Assembly (NCBI GenBank): GCA_002269645.1 | Contig: NIVC01002207.1 | Span: 46,402-110,401 of the forward strand | Reading direction: 5' to 3' | DNA from: Macrostomum lignano | Taxonomy: Eukaryota | DNA: 64,000 bases | Part shown: one piece after another, positions 10,195 through 24,600 of the stretch | Layout: every line of letters begins with the position of its first letter | Position numbering within the stretch: position 1 is the first letter of the stretch | Notes under the pieces: generated by a model | The model's input: the letters and a program-made list of their open reading frames with translations, nothing else | Told to the model about the DNA's origin: nothing | Databases searched by the model: none | Position numbers and translations under genes: made by a program

Positions 10195-12667
10195 ATAAAA
10201 AGTATATTAAAAACAAAAATGCAATATTTTATATCATATTTTTTTTGCAGCAACAAATTATTCATAAAACAAAGTTATTAAATAAAGTTACTAAACTTTA
10301 AAACCTTTAAGACATTGAACCTAAAGTTGCAAAACATTTTGGCAATCATTGTTTAAGTGTAATCATTAGTTGGTTTTTTCAAAATGCAAATGCATAGACT
10401 TACAGACTATGGTTGTTTTCGAGAACATGAATATAATGTTAGTTAGTATTAGTGATTAGAATTAGGCCTAGTTAGATTAGTTGTATAGGAATTATATTTA
10501 ATTCAAATTTATTTACTTCTACTAAGTTTTAGTTCTTGCAATCTCACTTGAATTTTACTTAAAGAATAGATTAGTTGCTTATTTAGATCATTAATTAGAT
10601 GCTGAGGTATTTTTGTTATAGTTAAAAGTATTATAGTTACTCCTGCTGTTTACCTTTCACTTTTTGCTTGCATTTGGAAACATTCAGATATTCAGATTTA
10701 ATCCGTTTTTTTGTATATTTGGATTTGGTTTTGGAAGCTTGCAAAAATCTAAATTTGGTCCATTACTAGTTTTACTAGTCTAGAAAATAAAAGTAGTTTG
10801 AATCAAAAGGATAACTTGATACTTGTCTTAAACAATTTTAAATAAAGGTAGAAATTCAAACTAACACTTGATTGCTTTTTGTAAGATTACATTTCAATCT
10901 ATCTACTACTGAAAGTACCATTGAACTTTTTAACATTGATAAAAGTAAGAATTTGCTAGCCTTTTATGGTATTATATTAGGTATAATTTTTTGGTTTTGA
11001 ATCTATGATGCAAATTATAATAAGTATCTTTGTTATATTTTTCCTTTCTAATAATATTTATTTTTTAAATTTATATCTATGGCTATAGAAATCTACAGAA
11101 TATGACTGCAATTACCATATTTCCATAGTTGTAGCTGTAAGAGCAGCTATCTACTATTTCTTTCAACAGCATGAACTCCTTTTTGGACCTTCCTATGCAA
11201 CATTGCCTGTAGCAATAGCTACCTGTTGCAGGTCACCAGAGTTTAGTGGAATGAATAGCAATGCTTCCATTGTATCTGGACAAAGCCCCTTGAAACTACA
11301 AGTAAGTTTAAGTACATATAAGTCAAGGCTATAAGTCATACATTGTAAATATACCTCCAAGACTAGCATACACACAAAAATGGTTATAATTTTCCCATTA
11401 AAATAGAAATCTGGTTTCATAAAAATGATGGGTTTTGGCCTTTTTAGCATGAAAGCTTCAGGACTTTAGGCCTTAGAAATGAATCATTTAGTCCTAGCCT
11501 CCCATTCCTACCAGATAGTCAGCCCCATTGCCCAAGCTATGTAGCTTGATCAATAGGCAAGTAGTCTAGGTCCTATATCTATAAGAGAAGGATAGCAAAC
11601 AATAAGCATGGTATTTTAAATAGACAAAGATTAGCTACTCCAAGGATTCACTACATGTATAACCTGCATTATTACAAACCTGTGCAAACTGGTTCATCAA
11701 ATCAGATCTCTCAAAATTGGGCTTTCAACTAAATAAGGCACTTTGGATCTGACTAAACTATCTGGGGTCTTTTAGTTGTCAATCTTGGTCATAGCCAATA
11801 TGGGACACCACAGGGACAAGATCAAAGGGCTTAGGCATATATAGAGAGGATTTATGTCAAGGATTCTTGCTAGGCAAAACTATGCAAATTAGATAAAAGT
11901 TCTATAAGACAAAGTTTTGCACTTTGCTGAAGACTTTCTTGGCTAATATATCATCTTCAAATTTGTTTGCAGAAAGAAGTATGTCATTATCAACCAAAGG
12001 TCTTTGCACTTCTTGTGCTTCTTTGCTTTTTTGCCAACATTGCATCTTTAAATTCATTTGCATAAGTGTCACTATCAAACAAAGACTTGTCTCTGCACTT
12101 CTTGTGCTTCTTTGCTTTTGTTTTCAAATTCATTTAGAAAAGTATCACTATTAGATATGTCTTGGCACTTCTGCCTTTTTTATTATATTGCCACTACACA
12201 TATTGCTAGGGGACTCCACATGCTCCAAGCCTTTCAAAGGTTGTTTCTTCATTATAAGCCTAGTTTAGAATCATTAAAAGATATACAATTAATTCTTTAA
12301 TAGTATGTAGCAATATTTAGTCTAATGATATTACTTTAAACATGTTGGTTCTTAGACTAAGTTTATGTAACCTTAAAAAGTTTGATTATAAAAGTAGGAA
12401 TACCTGTTAAAGCATTAACAATATGACAAAATTGTCAGTCTTGTAAATGTTGTATATTAAGTAGCTACAAAGAAAAGCCACTGAATCTTGTTTTTACTTA
12501 ATACTATTATTATTGCATGCATATATGCATATTTTTTATTTGGAACTAATATCTATCATCTAGATAAATAAAGTCAGCAATATAAATTAGAAGTTACAAA
12601 GAATAAATTATAAGCATCTCATTTATCAATAAGATTCAATTGTTACTATGCCTTAAAGAAAGTAATT

Positions 12668-15600
12668 GATCATACAAGGGGTATCCCAAAAGTTCCCAGA
12701 ATGTCTAACATAGCTCTTTAGCAGAGCCATAAAATTTCATGCCCATGGTGTCAAATGAAAGGAAATTTTGTCACAAAGAAAACAAAGTTAAAATTATGTT
12801 GATATCTTTTTTTATTCAGGAGCTGCAGCAAAAAACATGTGCTAAGGTCAGGAGTAGTGTTACACAATCTCAAAAAGCTTTGGCAATGATTTTAAACAAT
12901 AAAACACAGAACAGTTCATTAGTCTGCATAGACTATGCTTTAAAACACTTTAAGAGCTTCTCATTCTTTGCCTAAAGTTTAAAGCACATGAAAAGAGCAT
13001 ATCTACAAGTCAATATCTAGAAATTAAAAATGGGCATTTTAGCATTTGTTACTTTGTACATTGCAGTAACTACTAGAATCTTAGGAAATGATGCATATAT
13101 TTTGCATTAGTTTGTCTTAGGTACAGTGGTCCAAGAACTTTAGATCTTCCAAAGCCTTCAATGGTTATCACTTAAAAAGCATTTGGACCAGCACATTGAA
13201 AAGCATTAATAATGTCAATGTTTATAGCCTTGATGGCTATTGCAAGATTGTAATTAGCTTTCTTTCTTGTGGATTTGAGAAAATGGCCTTATAATAGCTT
13301 TTTTTGCCCTAATCTAAAGAAATGTTCTCACTTTTTATTGCTCCTCTAGTGTCAAATGTTGAAAATAGGGCAGAAGTTTGAATGTGGCCTAAAATAATAT
13401 TCTAAAAATTGTTATTAACATTGTGTATTAAATGAATAGTCAACTGACAAAAACTATCTACTAGCAAGGTAGTCAGCAATAAAAAACAGCTGTTGTTAGG
13501 TTAAATTGAAGACTTGCACAATTGACTGACATGCCATACCAGGTTTGCTCTGCTTTGATCATCTTTTTGGCAGCTAAAGAGGATACCAACTGTCCTAGTG
13601 AGCTTCTTCTTGACACCAACATCTCTATTGTTGGCTTGCAAAATAATTAGTGTGTACAGTTGGTGTTGTTTAAAATCAATAGACCTTTGGGAGATACTAG
13701 AAATAATAATCATCTTTCTTGTTAGCGTTATAGGCCTTGATCACTAGTCATGCTTCTTGCTCAATGATAGGCATAATAATTAATGGCTAATACAGCTCAA
13801 TATCATCTGCACTAGGTTTTGACAGCGAGTAATTTGCAACAAAAGTATTTCATATGCATTTGAGCATGGAAATTCCAGGCTGCGCTAACAAATATTTATA
13901 TATAATAGCAGTCAAGCTGTCTCATCATGCTTCTTGGGGGATCTTTTTACAGTTGACAAATTGAAACTATAACTTTTTTTGCTAGGTTTACAACTGACCC
14001 ACAATCATTGTTTGTCATCATTTTTTGCCATTGTTGTTTATACTTAGGATTCAGATTTTTTATCATAGTTTTTAGAGTCGCCATTGATGTCAGTGGCTGC
14101 TAAAGAATTAAAGAATTCTCTTCCTTCCTTTCATTAAAAACAGCATAAGACACAAAAATAATTCTAAGCTATGCATATACTCGTAGCTAGCTTAGTCAAC
14201 TCAGGAGTTAAGAAGAAAGGAGAGGTGTCTGTCACCTAGTGAGCTAGCTCTCAATATATTTTCTGATTGATAGATGCATATCAGTGCATAATACACAATA
14301 ACATTGAAAATCTTTATAAAATGAACAATGCAAAGACACTCACCAAAAAGTCAATAAAATTGTCCAAAAGTCATAAAATGAAAACATGAAACTAATAGAA
14401 TGATGTTTTTATACTATCATATAATATTGCAGCAAAGGTCTTAGGAAATCACTGGAGGAAGGAACAACTTAACTAATTCTATTAACTTTAACTATTTTTG
14501 TCTGGATTATGACTTCTTATAAATTATATTGCTCATAAATATGCATTAAATTTGAAGCAGCATTTTGATTACTGCCATTAAATTCCCTGAAAAAAGCAAG
14601 TGTCATTTTATAAGAAGCAGTTATGAGTCAGCCACCCATCGAGTGTAGCTATACCTATATAGCTATAGATCATACGAGGGGTGTCCCAAAAGTTCCCAGA
14701 ATGTCTAACATAGCTCTTCAGCAGAGCCATAAAATTTCATGCCCATGGTGTCAAATGAAAGGAAATTTTGTCACAAAGAAAACAAAGTTAAAATTATGTT
14801 GATATCTTTTTTTTATTCAGGAGCTGCAACAAAAAACATGTGCTAAGGTCAGGAGTAGTGTTACACAATCTCAAAAAGCTATGGCAATGATTTTAAACAA
14901 TAAAACACAGAACAGTTCATTAGTCTGCATAGACTATGCTTTAAAACACTTTAAGAGCTTCTCATTCTTTGCCTAAAGTTTAAAGCACATGAAAAGAGCA
15001 TATCTACAAGTCAATATCTAGAAATTAAAAATGGGCATTTTAGCATTTGTTACTTTGTACATTGCAGTAACTACTAGGATCTTAGGAAATGATGCATATA
15101 TTTTGCATTAGTTTGTCTTAGGTACAGTGGTCCAAAAACTTTAGATCTTCCAAAGCCTTCAATGGTTATCACTTAAAAAGCATTTGGACCAGCACATTGA
15201 AAAGCATTAATAATGTCAATGTTTATAGCCTTGATGGCTATTGCAAGATTGTAATTAGCTTTCTTTCTTGTGGATTTGAGAAAATGGCCTTATAATAGCT
15301 TTTTTTGCCCTAATCTAAAGAAATGTTCTCACTTTTTATTGCTCCTCTAGTGTCAAATGTTGAAAATAGGGCAGAAGTTTGAATGTGGCCTAAAATAATA
15401 TTCTAAAAATTGTTATTAACATTGTGTATTAAATGAATAGTCAACTGACAAAAACTATCTACTAGCAAGGTAGTCAGCAATAAAAAACAGCTGTTGTTAG
15501 GTTAAATTGAAGACTTGCACAATTGACTGACATGCCATACCAGGTTTGCTCTGCTTTGATCATCTTTTTGGCAGCTAAAGAGGATACCAACTGCCCTAGT

Positions 15601-18600
15601 GAGCTTCTTCTTGACACCAACATCTCTATTGTTGGCTTGCAAAATAATTAGTGTGTACAGTTGGTGTTGTTTAAAATCAATAGACCTTTGGGAGATACTA
15701 GAAATAATAATCATCTTTCTTGTTAGCGTTATAGGCCTTGATCACTAGTCATGCTTCTTGCTCAATGATAGGCATAAGAATTAATGGCTAATACAGCTCA
15801 ATATCATCTGCACTAGGTTTTGACAGCGAGTAATTTGCAACAAAAGTATTTCATATGCATTTGAGCATGGAAATTCCAGGCTGCGCTAACAAATATTTAT
15901 ATATAATAGCAGTCCAGCTGTCTCATCATCTTCTTGGGGGGTGTTTTTACAGTTGACAAATTAAAATTATAACTTTTTTTGCTAGGTTTACAACTGACCC
16001 ACAATCATTGTTTGTCATCATTTTTTGCCATTGTTGTTTATACTTAGGATTCAGATTTTTTATCATAGTTTTTAGAGTCGCCATTGATGTCAGTGGCTGC
16101 TAAAGAATTAAAGAATTCTCTTCCTTCCTTTCATTAAAAACAGCATAAGACACAAAAATAATTCTAAGCTATGCATATACTCGTAGCTAGCTTAGTCAAC
16201 TCAGGAGTTAAGAAGAAAGGAGAGGTGTCTGTCACCTAGTGAGCTAGCTCTCAATATATTTTCTGATTGATAGATGCATATCAGTGCATAATACACAATA
16301 ACATTGAAAATCTTTATAAAATGAACAATGCAAAGACACTCACCAAAAAGTCAATAAAATTGTCCAAAAGTCATAAAATGAAAACATGAAACTAATAGAA
16401 TGATGTTTTTATACTATCATATAATATTGCAGCAAAGGTCTTAGGAAATCACTGGAGGAAGGAACAACTTAACTAATTCTATTAACTTTAACTATTTTTG
16501 TCTGGATTATGACTTCTTATAAATTATATTGCTCATAAATATGCATTAAATTTGAAGCAGCATTTTGATTACTGCCATTAAATTCCCTGAAAAAAGCAAG
16601 TGTCATTTATAAGAAGCAGTTATGAGTCAGCCACCCATCGAGTGTAGCTATACCTATATAGCTATAGATCATACGAGGGGTGTCCCAAAAGTTCCCAGAA
16701 TGTCTAACATAGCTCTTCAGCAGAGCCATAAAATTTCATGCCCATGGTGTCAAATGAAAGGAAATTTTGTCACAAAGAAAACAAAGTTAAAATTATGTTG
16801 ATATCTTTTTTTTATTCAGGAGCTGCAACAAAAAACATGTGCTAAGGTCAGGAGTAGTGTTACACAATCTCAAAAAGCTATGGCAATGATTTTAAACAAT
16901 AAAACACAGAACAGTTCATTAGTCTGCATAGACTATGCTTTAAAACACTTTAAGAGCTTCTCATTCTTTGCCTAAAGTTTAAAGCACATGAAAAGAGCAT
17001 ATCTACAAGTCAATATCTAGAAATTAAAAATGGGCATTTTAGCATTTGTTACTTTGTACATTGCAGTAACTACTAGGATCTTAGGAAATGATGCATATAT
17101 TTTGCATTAGTTTGTCTTAGGTACAGTGGTCCAAAAACTTTAGATCTTCCAAAGCCTTCAATGGTTATCACTTAAAAAGCATTTGGACCAGCACATTGAA
17201 AAGCATTAATAATGTCAATGTTTATAGCCTTGATGGCTATTGCAAGATTGTAATTAGCTTTCTTTCTTGTGGATTTGAGAAAATGGCCTTATAATAGCTT
17301 TTTTTGCCCTAATCTAAAGAAATGTTCTCACTTTTTATTGCTCCTCTAGTGTCAAATGTTGAAAATAGGGCAGAAGTTTGAATGTGGCCTAAAATAATAT
17401 TCTAAAAATTGTTATTAACATTGTGTATTAAATGAATAGTCAACTGACAAAAACTATCTACTAGCAAGGTAGTCAGCAATAAAAAACAGCTGTTGTTAGG
17501 TTAAATTGAAGACTTGCACAATTGACTGACATGCCATACCAGGTTTGCTCTGCTTTGATCATCTTTTTGGCAGCTAAAGAGGATACCAACTGCCCTAGTG
17601 AGCTTCTTCTTGACACCAACATCTCTATTGTTGGCTTGCAAAATAATTAGTGTGTACAGTTGGTGTTGTTTAAAATCAATAGACCTTTGGGAGATACTAG
17701 AAATAATAATCATCTTTCTTGTTAGCGTTATAGGCCTTGATCACTAGTCATGCTTCTTGCTCAATGATAGGCATAAGAATTAATGGCTAATACAGCTCAA
17801 TATCATCTGCACTAGGTTTTGACAGCGAGTAATTTGCAACAAAAGTATTTCATATGCATTTGAGCATGGAAATTCCAGGCTGCGCTAACAAATATTTATA
17901 TATAATAGCAGTCCAGCTGTCTCATCATCTTCTTGGGGGGTGTTTTTACAGTTGACAAATTAAAATTATAACTTTTTTTGCTAGGTTTACAACTGACCCA
18001 CAATCATTGTTTGTCATCATTTTTTGCCATTGTTGTTTATACTTAGGATTCAGATTTTTTATCATAGTTTTTAGAGTCGCCATTGATGTCAGTGGCTGCT
18101 AAAGAATTAAAGAATTCTCTTCCTTCCTTTCATTAAAAACAGCATAAGACACAAAAATAATTCTAAGCTATGCATATACTCGTAGCTAGCTTAGTCAACT
18201 CAGGAGTTAAGAAGAAAGGAGAGGTGTCTGTCACCTAGTGAGCTAGCTCTCAATATATTTTCTGATTGATAGATGCATATCAGTGCATAATACACAATAA
18301 CATTGAAAATCTTTATAAAATGAACAATGCAAAGACACTCACCAAAAAGTCAATAAAATTGTCCAAAAGTCATAAAATGAAAACATGAAACTAATAGAAT
18401 GATGTTTTTATACTATCATATAATATTGCAGCAAAGGTCTTAGGAAATCACTGGAGGAAGGAACAACTTAACTAATTCTATTAACTTTAACTATTTTTGT
18501 CTGGATTATGACTTCTTATAAATTATATTGCTCATAAATATGCATTAAATTTGAAGCAGCATTTTGATTACTGCCATTAAATTCCCTGAGAAAAGCAAGT

Positions 18601-18653
18601 GTCATTTATAAGAAGCAGTTATGAGTCAGCCACCCATCGAGTGTAGCTATACC
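12668..18653. repeat. ~2.0-kb unit in three head-to-tail copies (starts at 12668, 14668, 16667), each opening with a mariner-like TIR
   Basis: An identical 70-aa ORF recurs at 13501/15502/17501; each unit starts TAC(G/A)AGGGGT(G/A)TCCCAAAAGTTCCCAG; copies 2 and 3 are nearly identical. Confidence 0.95.
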
Positions 18654-18688
18654 CCGCGCCGCCTTGCCCCGCCTTCACCCTCTCGCAG

Positions 18689-21600
18689 ACACGGATCCCT
18701 ACGCCGAATATGACTACGACGACGAGATCACGCATGATTTTTGGCAAGAAGCATGCTGGATCGTCATCTCCTCCTATTTTGATGAGAAGGGCCTTGTCCG
18801 ACAGCAATTGGACTCGTTTGACGAGTTCATACAGATGTCGGTCCAGAGGATTGTTGAAGACACACCGGTCATTGAGCTGCAGGCTGAGGCCACTCACGCT
18901 ATGGGCATTCGCGAGACGCCCGATAAGTATCAGGTTTGTTTTGGCCCTCTGTTGCTTAGAGTAATAGGCAGGAGTGGCTAGAGCACCAGGCCACAGGTGC
19001 CTGTGTCTTAATTGGGTAATTAGCTTGACTGATTTGATCCAGTCGCAGTTCGTCCTGCCGTGATAGGGTAGCAGCTTTGAGTCGCGGTAGGAATACAGTG
19101 GGTAGAAATTATAACCCCAACCCATCTCCACAGTGCCTGCATAACAATGCGCTTTCATATCTCCAACAGGCTTAACCCTAATCCTATCGGAGATATGAAT
19201 GTGTCAGATGTGAAGTGTCGGAACTATTAGGTGTCGTAGAAAAAAGTGGGGGAGACAGGAAGTGTCGGAGATATGATGTGTCGGAGATATGATGTGTCGG
19301 AGATATGATGTGTCGGAGATTTGGTGTGTCGGAGATATGATGTGTCGGAGATATGATGTGTCGGAGATATGATGTGTCGGAGATATGATGTGTCGGAGAT
19401 ATGATGTGTCGGAGATTTGGTGTGTCGGAGATATGATGTGTCGGAGATATGATGTGTCGGAGATATGATGTGTCGGTGATACGATTTGTCGGAGATATGA
19501 TGTGTCGGTGATACGATTTGTCGGAGATATGATGTGTCGGAGATATGATGTGTCGGAGATATGATGTGTCGGAGATATGATGTGTCGGAGATATGATGTG
19601 TCGGAGATATGAAGTGAGGAGATATGAAACGATCCCCCGTGTTAAGCGGCTTATTCCTACTGTTACAACAAACCGTTGCCAGGTAAAATTCGAGCAAATC
19701 TACCTGACCAAGCCGGCCCACTGGGAGAAGGACGGATCCAGCGCACCGCTGATGCCAAACTATGCCAGACTGCGCAACCTGACCTACTGCGCCCCGCTAT
19801 ACGTGGACATCAATAAGAAGACAATCCACTCTGATGAGGAGCCGCTAGAACAAAAGCACAGCAAGATATTCATTGGCAAGATGCCAATTATGCTTAGATC
19901 TACTTACTGTTTGTTAAGCGGCATGAGCGATATCGATTTGGCCCAGCTGAACGAGTGCCCGCTCGACCCCGGCGGCTACTTCATCATCAACGGCTCCGAG
20001 AAGGTGCTCATCGCCCAAGAGAAAATGGCCACTAACACTGTTTACGTTTTCCAACAGAAGGATTCGAAATATTCGTTCAAGACTGAGATTCGCTCCTACT
20101 TGGAGCACTCGTCTAGGCCTACGTCTACTCTGTGGGTGAACATGGTTGCTAAGGGCGGCGGCACGGCCGGCAAGAAGACAAGCGTCGGGTCCAAGATTGT
20201 CGGCATATTGCCCTACATCAAACAGGAGATACCAATTATTATTGTGTTCAGAGCCTTGGGCTTCGTGTCTGACAGAGACATACTCGAGCACATCATCTAC
20301 GAGTTCGATGATCCCGAGATGATGGAGATGGTTAAGCCGTCTCTAGACGACGCCTTCGTCATTCAGGAGCAGAATGTGGCGCTGAACTTCATCGGCTCCC
20401 GCGGCGCCAGGCCCGGCGTGACCAAGGAGAAACGAATCGCCTACGCTAAGGACATCCTGCAGAAGGAGATGCTGCCGCATGTTGGCATCAGCGACTATTG
20501 CGAGACTCGGAAGGCCTACTTCTTGGGGTGAGGAGTAGCGCGGATTCTTGCACGGTTGTTTTATTATGCTCTCCGAGTCAGCGGCCCCTGCGTCAGGAAT
20601 ATTAATGGGTCAGCATCCCCTATAACTGAAGAATCTTACTGGGTCAGCATCCCCTATGACTGAAGAATCTTACTGGGTCAGCATCCCCCTATGAGTCAAG
20701 AATCTTACTGGGTCAGCATCCCCCTATGAGTCAGTCAGATATTTTACTAGGTCAGCATCTCCTATGAGTCAGTCAAGAATCTTACTGGGTCAGCATCCCC
20801 TATAACTGAAGAATCTTACTGGGTCAGCATCCCCTATGACTGAAGAATCTTACTGGGTCAGCATCCCCCTATGAGTCAAGAATCTTACTGGGTCAGCATC
20901 TCCTATGAGTCAGTCAGATATTTTACTAGGTCAGCATCTCCTATGAGTCAGTCAAGAATCTTACTGGGTCAGCATCCCCTATGACTCAAGAATCTTACTG
21001 GGTCAGCATCCCCCTATGAGTCAAGAATATTACTGGCTCAGCATCCCTTATGACTCAGGAATCTTACTGGGTCAGCATCCCCTATGAGTCAAGAATATTA
21101 CTGGGTCAGCATCCCCTAGAGTCAAGAATATTACTGGCTCAGCATCCCTTATGACTCAGGAATCATACTGGGTCAGCATCCCCTATGAGTCAGTCAGGAA
21201 TCTTACTGGGTCAGCATCTCCTATGAGTCAGTCAGGAATCTTACTGGGTCAGCATCCCCTAGAGTCAAGAATATTACTGGCTCAGCATCCCTTATGACTC
21301 AGGAATCTTACTAGGTCAGCATCCGCTATGACACAAGAATCTTACTGGATCAGTCCCCTATGAGTCAGTCAGGAATCTTACTGGGTTAGAATCCGCTATG
21401 ACTCAAGAATCTTACTGGGTCAGCATCTCCTATGACTCAAGAATCTTACTGGGTCAGCATCTCCTATGAGTCAGTCAGGAATCTTACTGGGTCAGCATCT
21501 CCTATGAGTCAGTCAGGAATCTTACTGGGTCAGCATCCCCTAGAGTCAAGAATATTACTGGCTCAGCATCCCTTATGACTCAGGAATCTTACTAGGTCAG

Positions 21601-24600
21601 CATCCGCTATGACACAAGAATCTTACTGGATCAGTCCCCTATGAGTCAGTCAGGAATCTTACTGGGTTAGAATCCGCTATGACTCAAGAATCTTACTGGG
21701 TCAGCATCTCCTATGACTCAAGAATCTTACTGGGTCAGCATCTCCTATGAGTCAGTCAGGAATCTTACTGGGTCAGCATCTCCTATGAGTCAAGAATCTT
21801 ACTGGGTCAGCATCTCCTATGCGTCAGTCAGGAATCTTACTGGGTCAGCATCCCCTATGACTCAAGAATCCTACTGGGTCAGCATCTCCTATGAGTCAGT
21901 CAGGAATCTTACTGGGTCAGCATCCCCTATGACTCAAGAATCTTACTGGGTCAGCATCCCCTATGACTCAAGAATCTTACTGGGTCAGCATCCCCTATGA
22001 CTCAAGAATCTTACTGGGTCAGCATCCCCTATGACTCAAGAATCTTACTGGGTCAGCATCCCCTATGACTCAAGAATCTTACTGGGTCAGCATCCCCTAT
22101 GACTCAAGAATCTTACTGGGTCAGCATCTCCTATGAGTCAGTCAGGAATCTTACTGGGTCAAATCTCTAAAGCTGAGTCCATACTCTAATTAGATCTCAC
22201 TAATGTGATGCTCCGAATCCCCCCTCAGCTACATGACCCACCGCCTCCTGCTGGCCGCCCTTGGCCGTCGGGAAGTAGACGATCGCGATCACTATGGCAA
22301 CAAGCGCCTGGACCTAGCCGGCCCGCTGTTAGCCTTCCTATTCCGCGGCCTATTCCGCAATCTGGCCAAAGAGTTCCGGCTGTACGCGCAGAGACAAATC
22401 GACCGGCAGAAGAATGGAGATTTCGGCGTTGAGGCGGCCGTTATCAACACCATCATCACTGACGGGCTGCGCTACTCTCTGGCTACTGGCAATTGGGGCG
22501 ATCAGAAGAAGGCCCATCAGGCTCGGGCCGGCGTGTCGCAGGTGTTAAACCGGCTGACCTTCACCAGTACGCTGAGTCATCTGCGCCGATTGAACTCGCC
22601 AATCGGGCGCGACGGCAAGCTGGCTAGGCCGCGTCAGCTGCACAACACGCACTGGGGCATGATCTGCCCGGCCGAGACGCCTGAAGGTCAAGCTGTTGGC
22701 CTAGTGAAAAATCTGGCGCTAATGGCTTATATTAGCGTTGGCTCGCAGCCCAGCCCTATTCACGAGTTTCTGGAGGAGTGGAGCATGGAGAATTTGGAGG
22801 AGATCGCCCCGTCTTCGATTGCCGAGTGAGTAGGGCAGACCTTGAAGAATCGAGGCGGGGCGACTAAAGGAGCGCAACGCAGCTAGAGTAGCGGGACTCT
22901 GGAGTAGCGGGACTCTGGGGTAGCGGGACTAGCTGGAGTAGAGGGACTCGCGAGAGTAGCGGGACTCTAAAGTAGTGGGACTCTAGAGTAGCGGGACTCC
23001 TGAGAGTAGCGGGACTCGTGAGAGAAGCGGGACTCCTAAGAGCAGCGGGACTCGTGAGAGAAGCGGGACTCGTGAGAGAAGCGGGACTCCTGAGAGCAGC
23101 GGGACTCGTGAGAGTAGCGGGACTCTTGGAGATTAGCGCGACTCCTGAGAGTAGCGGGACTTGTGAGAGTAACGGGACTCCTGAGAGTAACGGGACTCCT
23201 GAGAGTAGCGGGACTTGTGAGAGTAGCGGGACTCGACAAAAAGAATCGAGACTCAAGTGAGATCGGCGGAACGCAAGATGTAGAGCAGCGGGACTCTGAA
23301 CAGATGCAGTCAGTGTTAATAAAATGCAGCCATATTCTTCCCTTAGCGCCACGAAGATCTTTGTCAACGGCTGCTGGGTGGGCATCCACCGCAATCCGGA
23401 CCAGCTGATGACTACGCTGAAGCGACTCCGCCGAGAGATGGACATAATCGTATCCGAGGTCACAATAGTGCGCGACTTTCGCGAGAAAGAGATTCGCATT
23501 TTCACAGACGCCGGCAGAATCTGCCGACCCCTGCTAATCGTTGAGAATCAGAAGCTGCTATTGAAGAAGCGGCATATTGACGAATTGCGCGAAGCCGAAG
23601 GCGGCGACGGTACCAGACGGTACGGCTGGCAGGATCTGGTCACTAGCGGAGTCGTTGAATACATCGACACGCTGGAAGAGGAGACTGTCATGATCGCGAT
23701 GACTCCGAACGATATTTCCGATTCCGGAGTGTACTGTTCAACTTACACTCACTGCGAAATTCATCCCAGCATGATTCTCGGCGTCTGTGCCTCCATTATA
23801 CCGTTCCCCGATCACAACCAGAGTCCCAGGAACACTTACCAGTCCGCTATGGGCAAGCAGGCCATGGGTGTCTACATATCCAACTATCATATGCGGATGG
23901 ACACCCTGGCTAATGTGCTGTACTATCCGCAGAAGCCGTTAGTAACTACTCGCGCTATGGAGTATCTGCGATTCAGAGAGCTGCCAGCTGGTATTAACAG
24001 TATAGTAGCTATCGCTTCTTACACTGGTTATAATCAGGAGGACTCCGTTGTGCTCAACGAGTCCGCTATTCATCGCGGCTTCTTTAGGTGCGTTTGTGTG
24101 TTTTTGAGATAAAAAATCACCCGAGAATCCCCGTAAATCAATCACAGCTTCAGATGTCCCCTAACTCAACATCCCAACGCCTCGAGAATCGCCCCCCCAA
24201 ACCACTAAGAATCGCCACCCCCCCCCCCTAAACCACCCCAAGAATCGCCCCCCAAAACTATCTCAAGAATTGCCCCCAAACCAACTCAACAATCTTCCCC
24301 AAATCACCTCAAATATCATGCCCAAATCACCTAAAAAATCGCCCCCAAATCGCCTAAAAAATCGCCCCCAAATCACCTAAAAAATCGCCCCCAAATCACC
24401 TAAAATCGCCCCCAAATCACCTAAAAAATCGCCCCCAAATCACCTAAGAAATCGCCCCCAAATCACCTAAAAAATCGCCCCAAATCACCTAAACAATCGC
24501 CCCCAAATCACCTAAAAAATCGCCCCCAAATCACCTAGAGAAATCGCCCCCAAATCACCTAAAAAATCACCCCAAATCACCTAAAAAATCGCCCCCAAAT

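Noticed and set aside
13000-13780. Possible decayed gag/protease or transposase coding remnant in the 2-kb unit (minus frame with stops at CAA/CAG/CGA-like positions; 70-aa ORF)
   Set aside because: No convincing catalytic motif could be read by eye; it needs a translated profile search and is not called.
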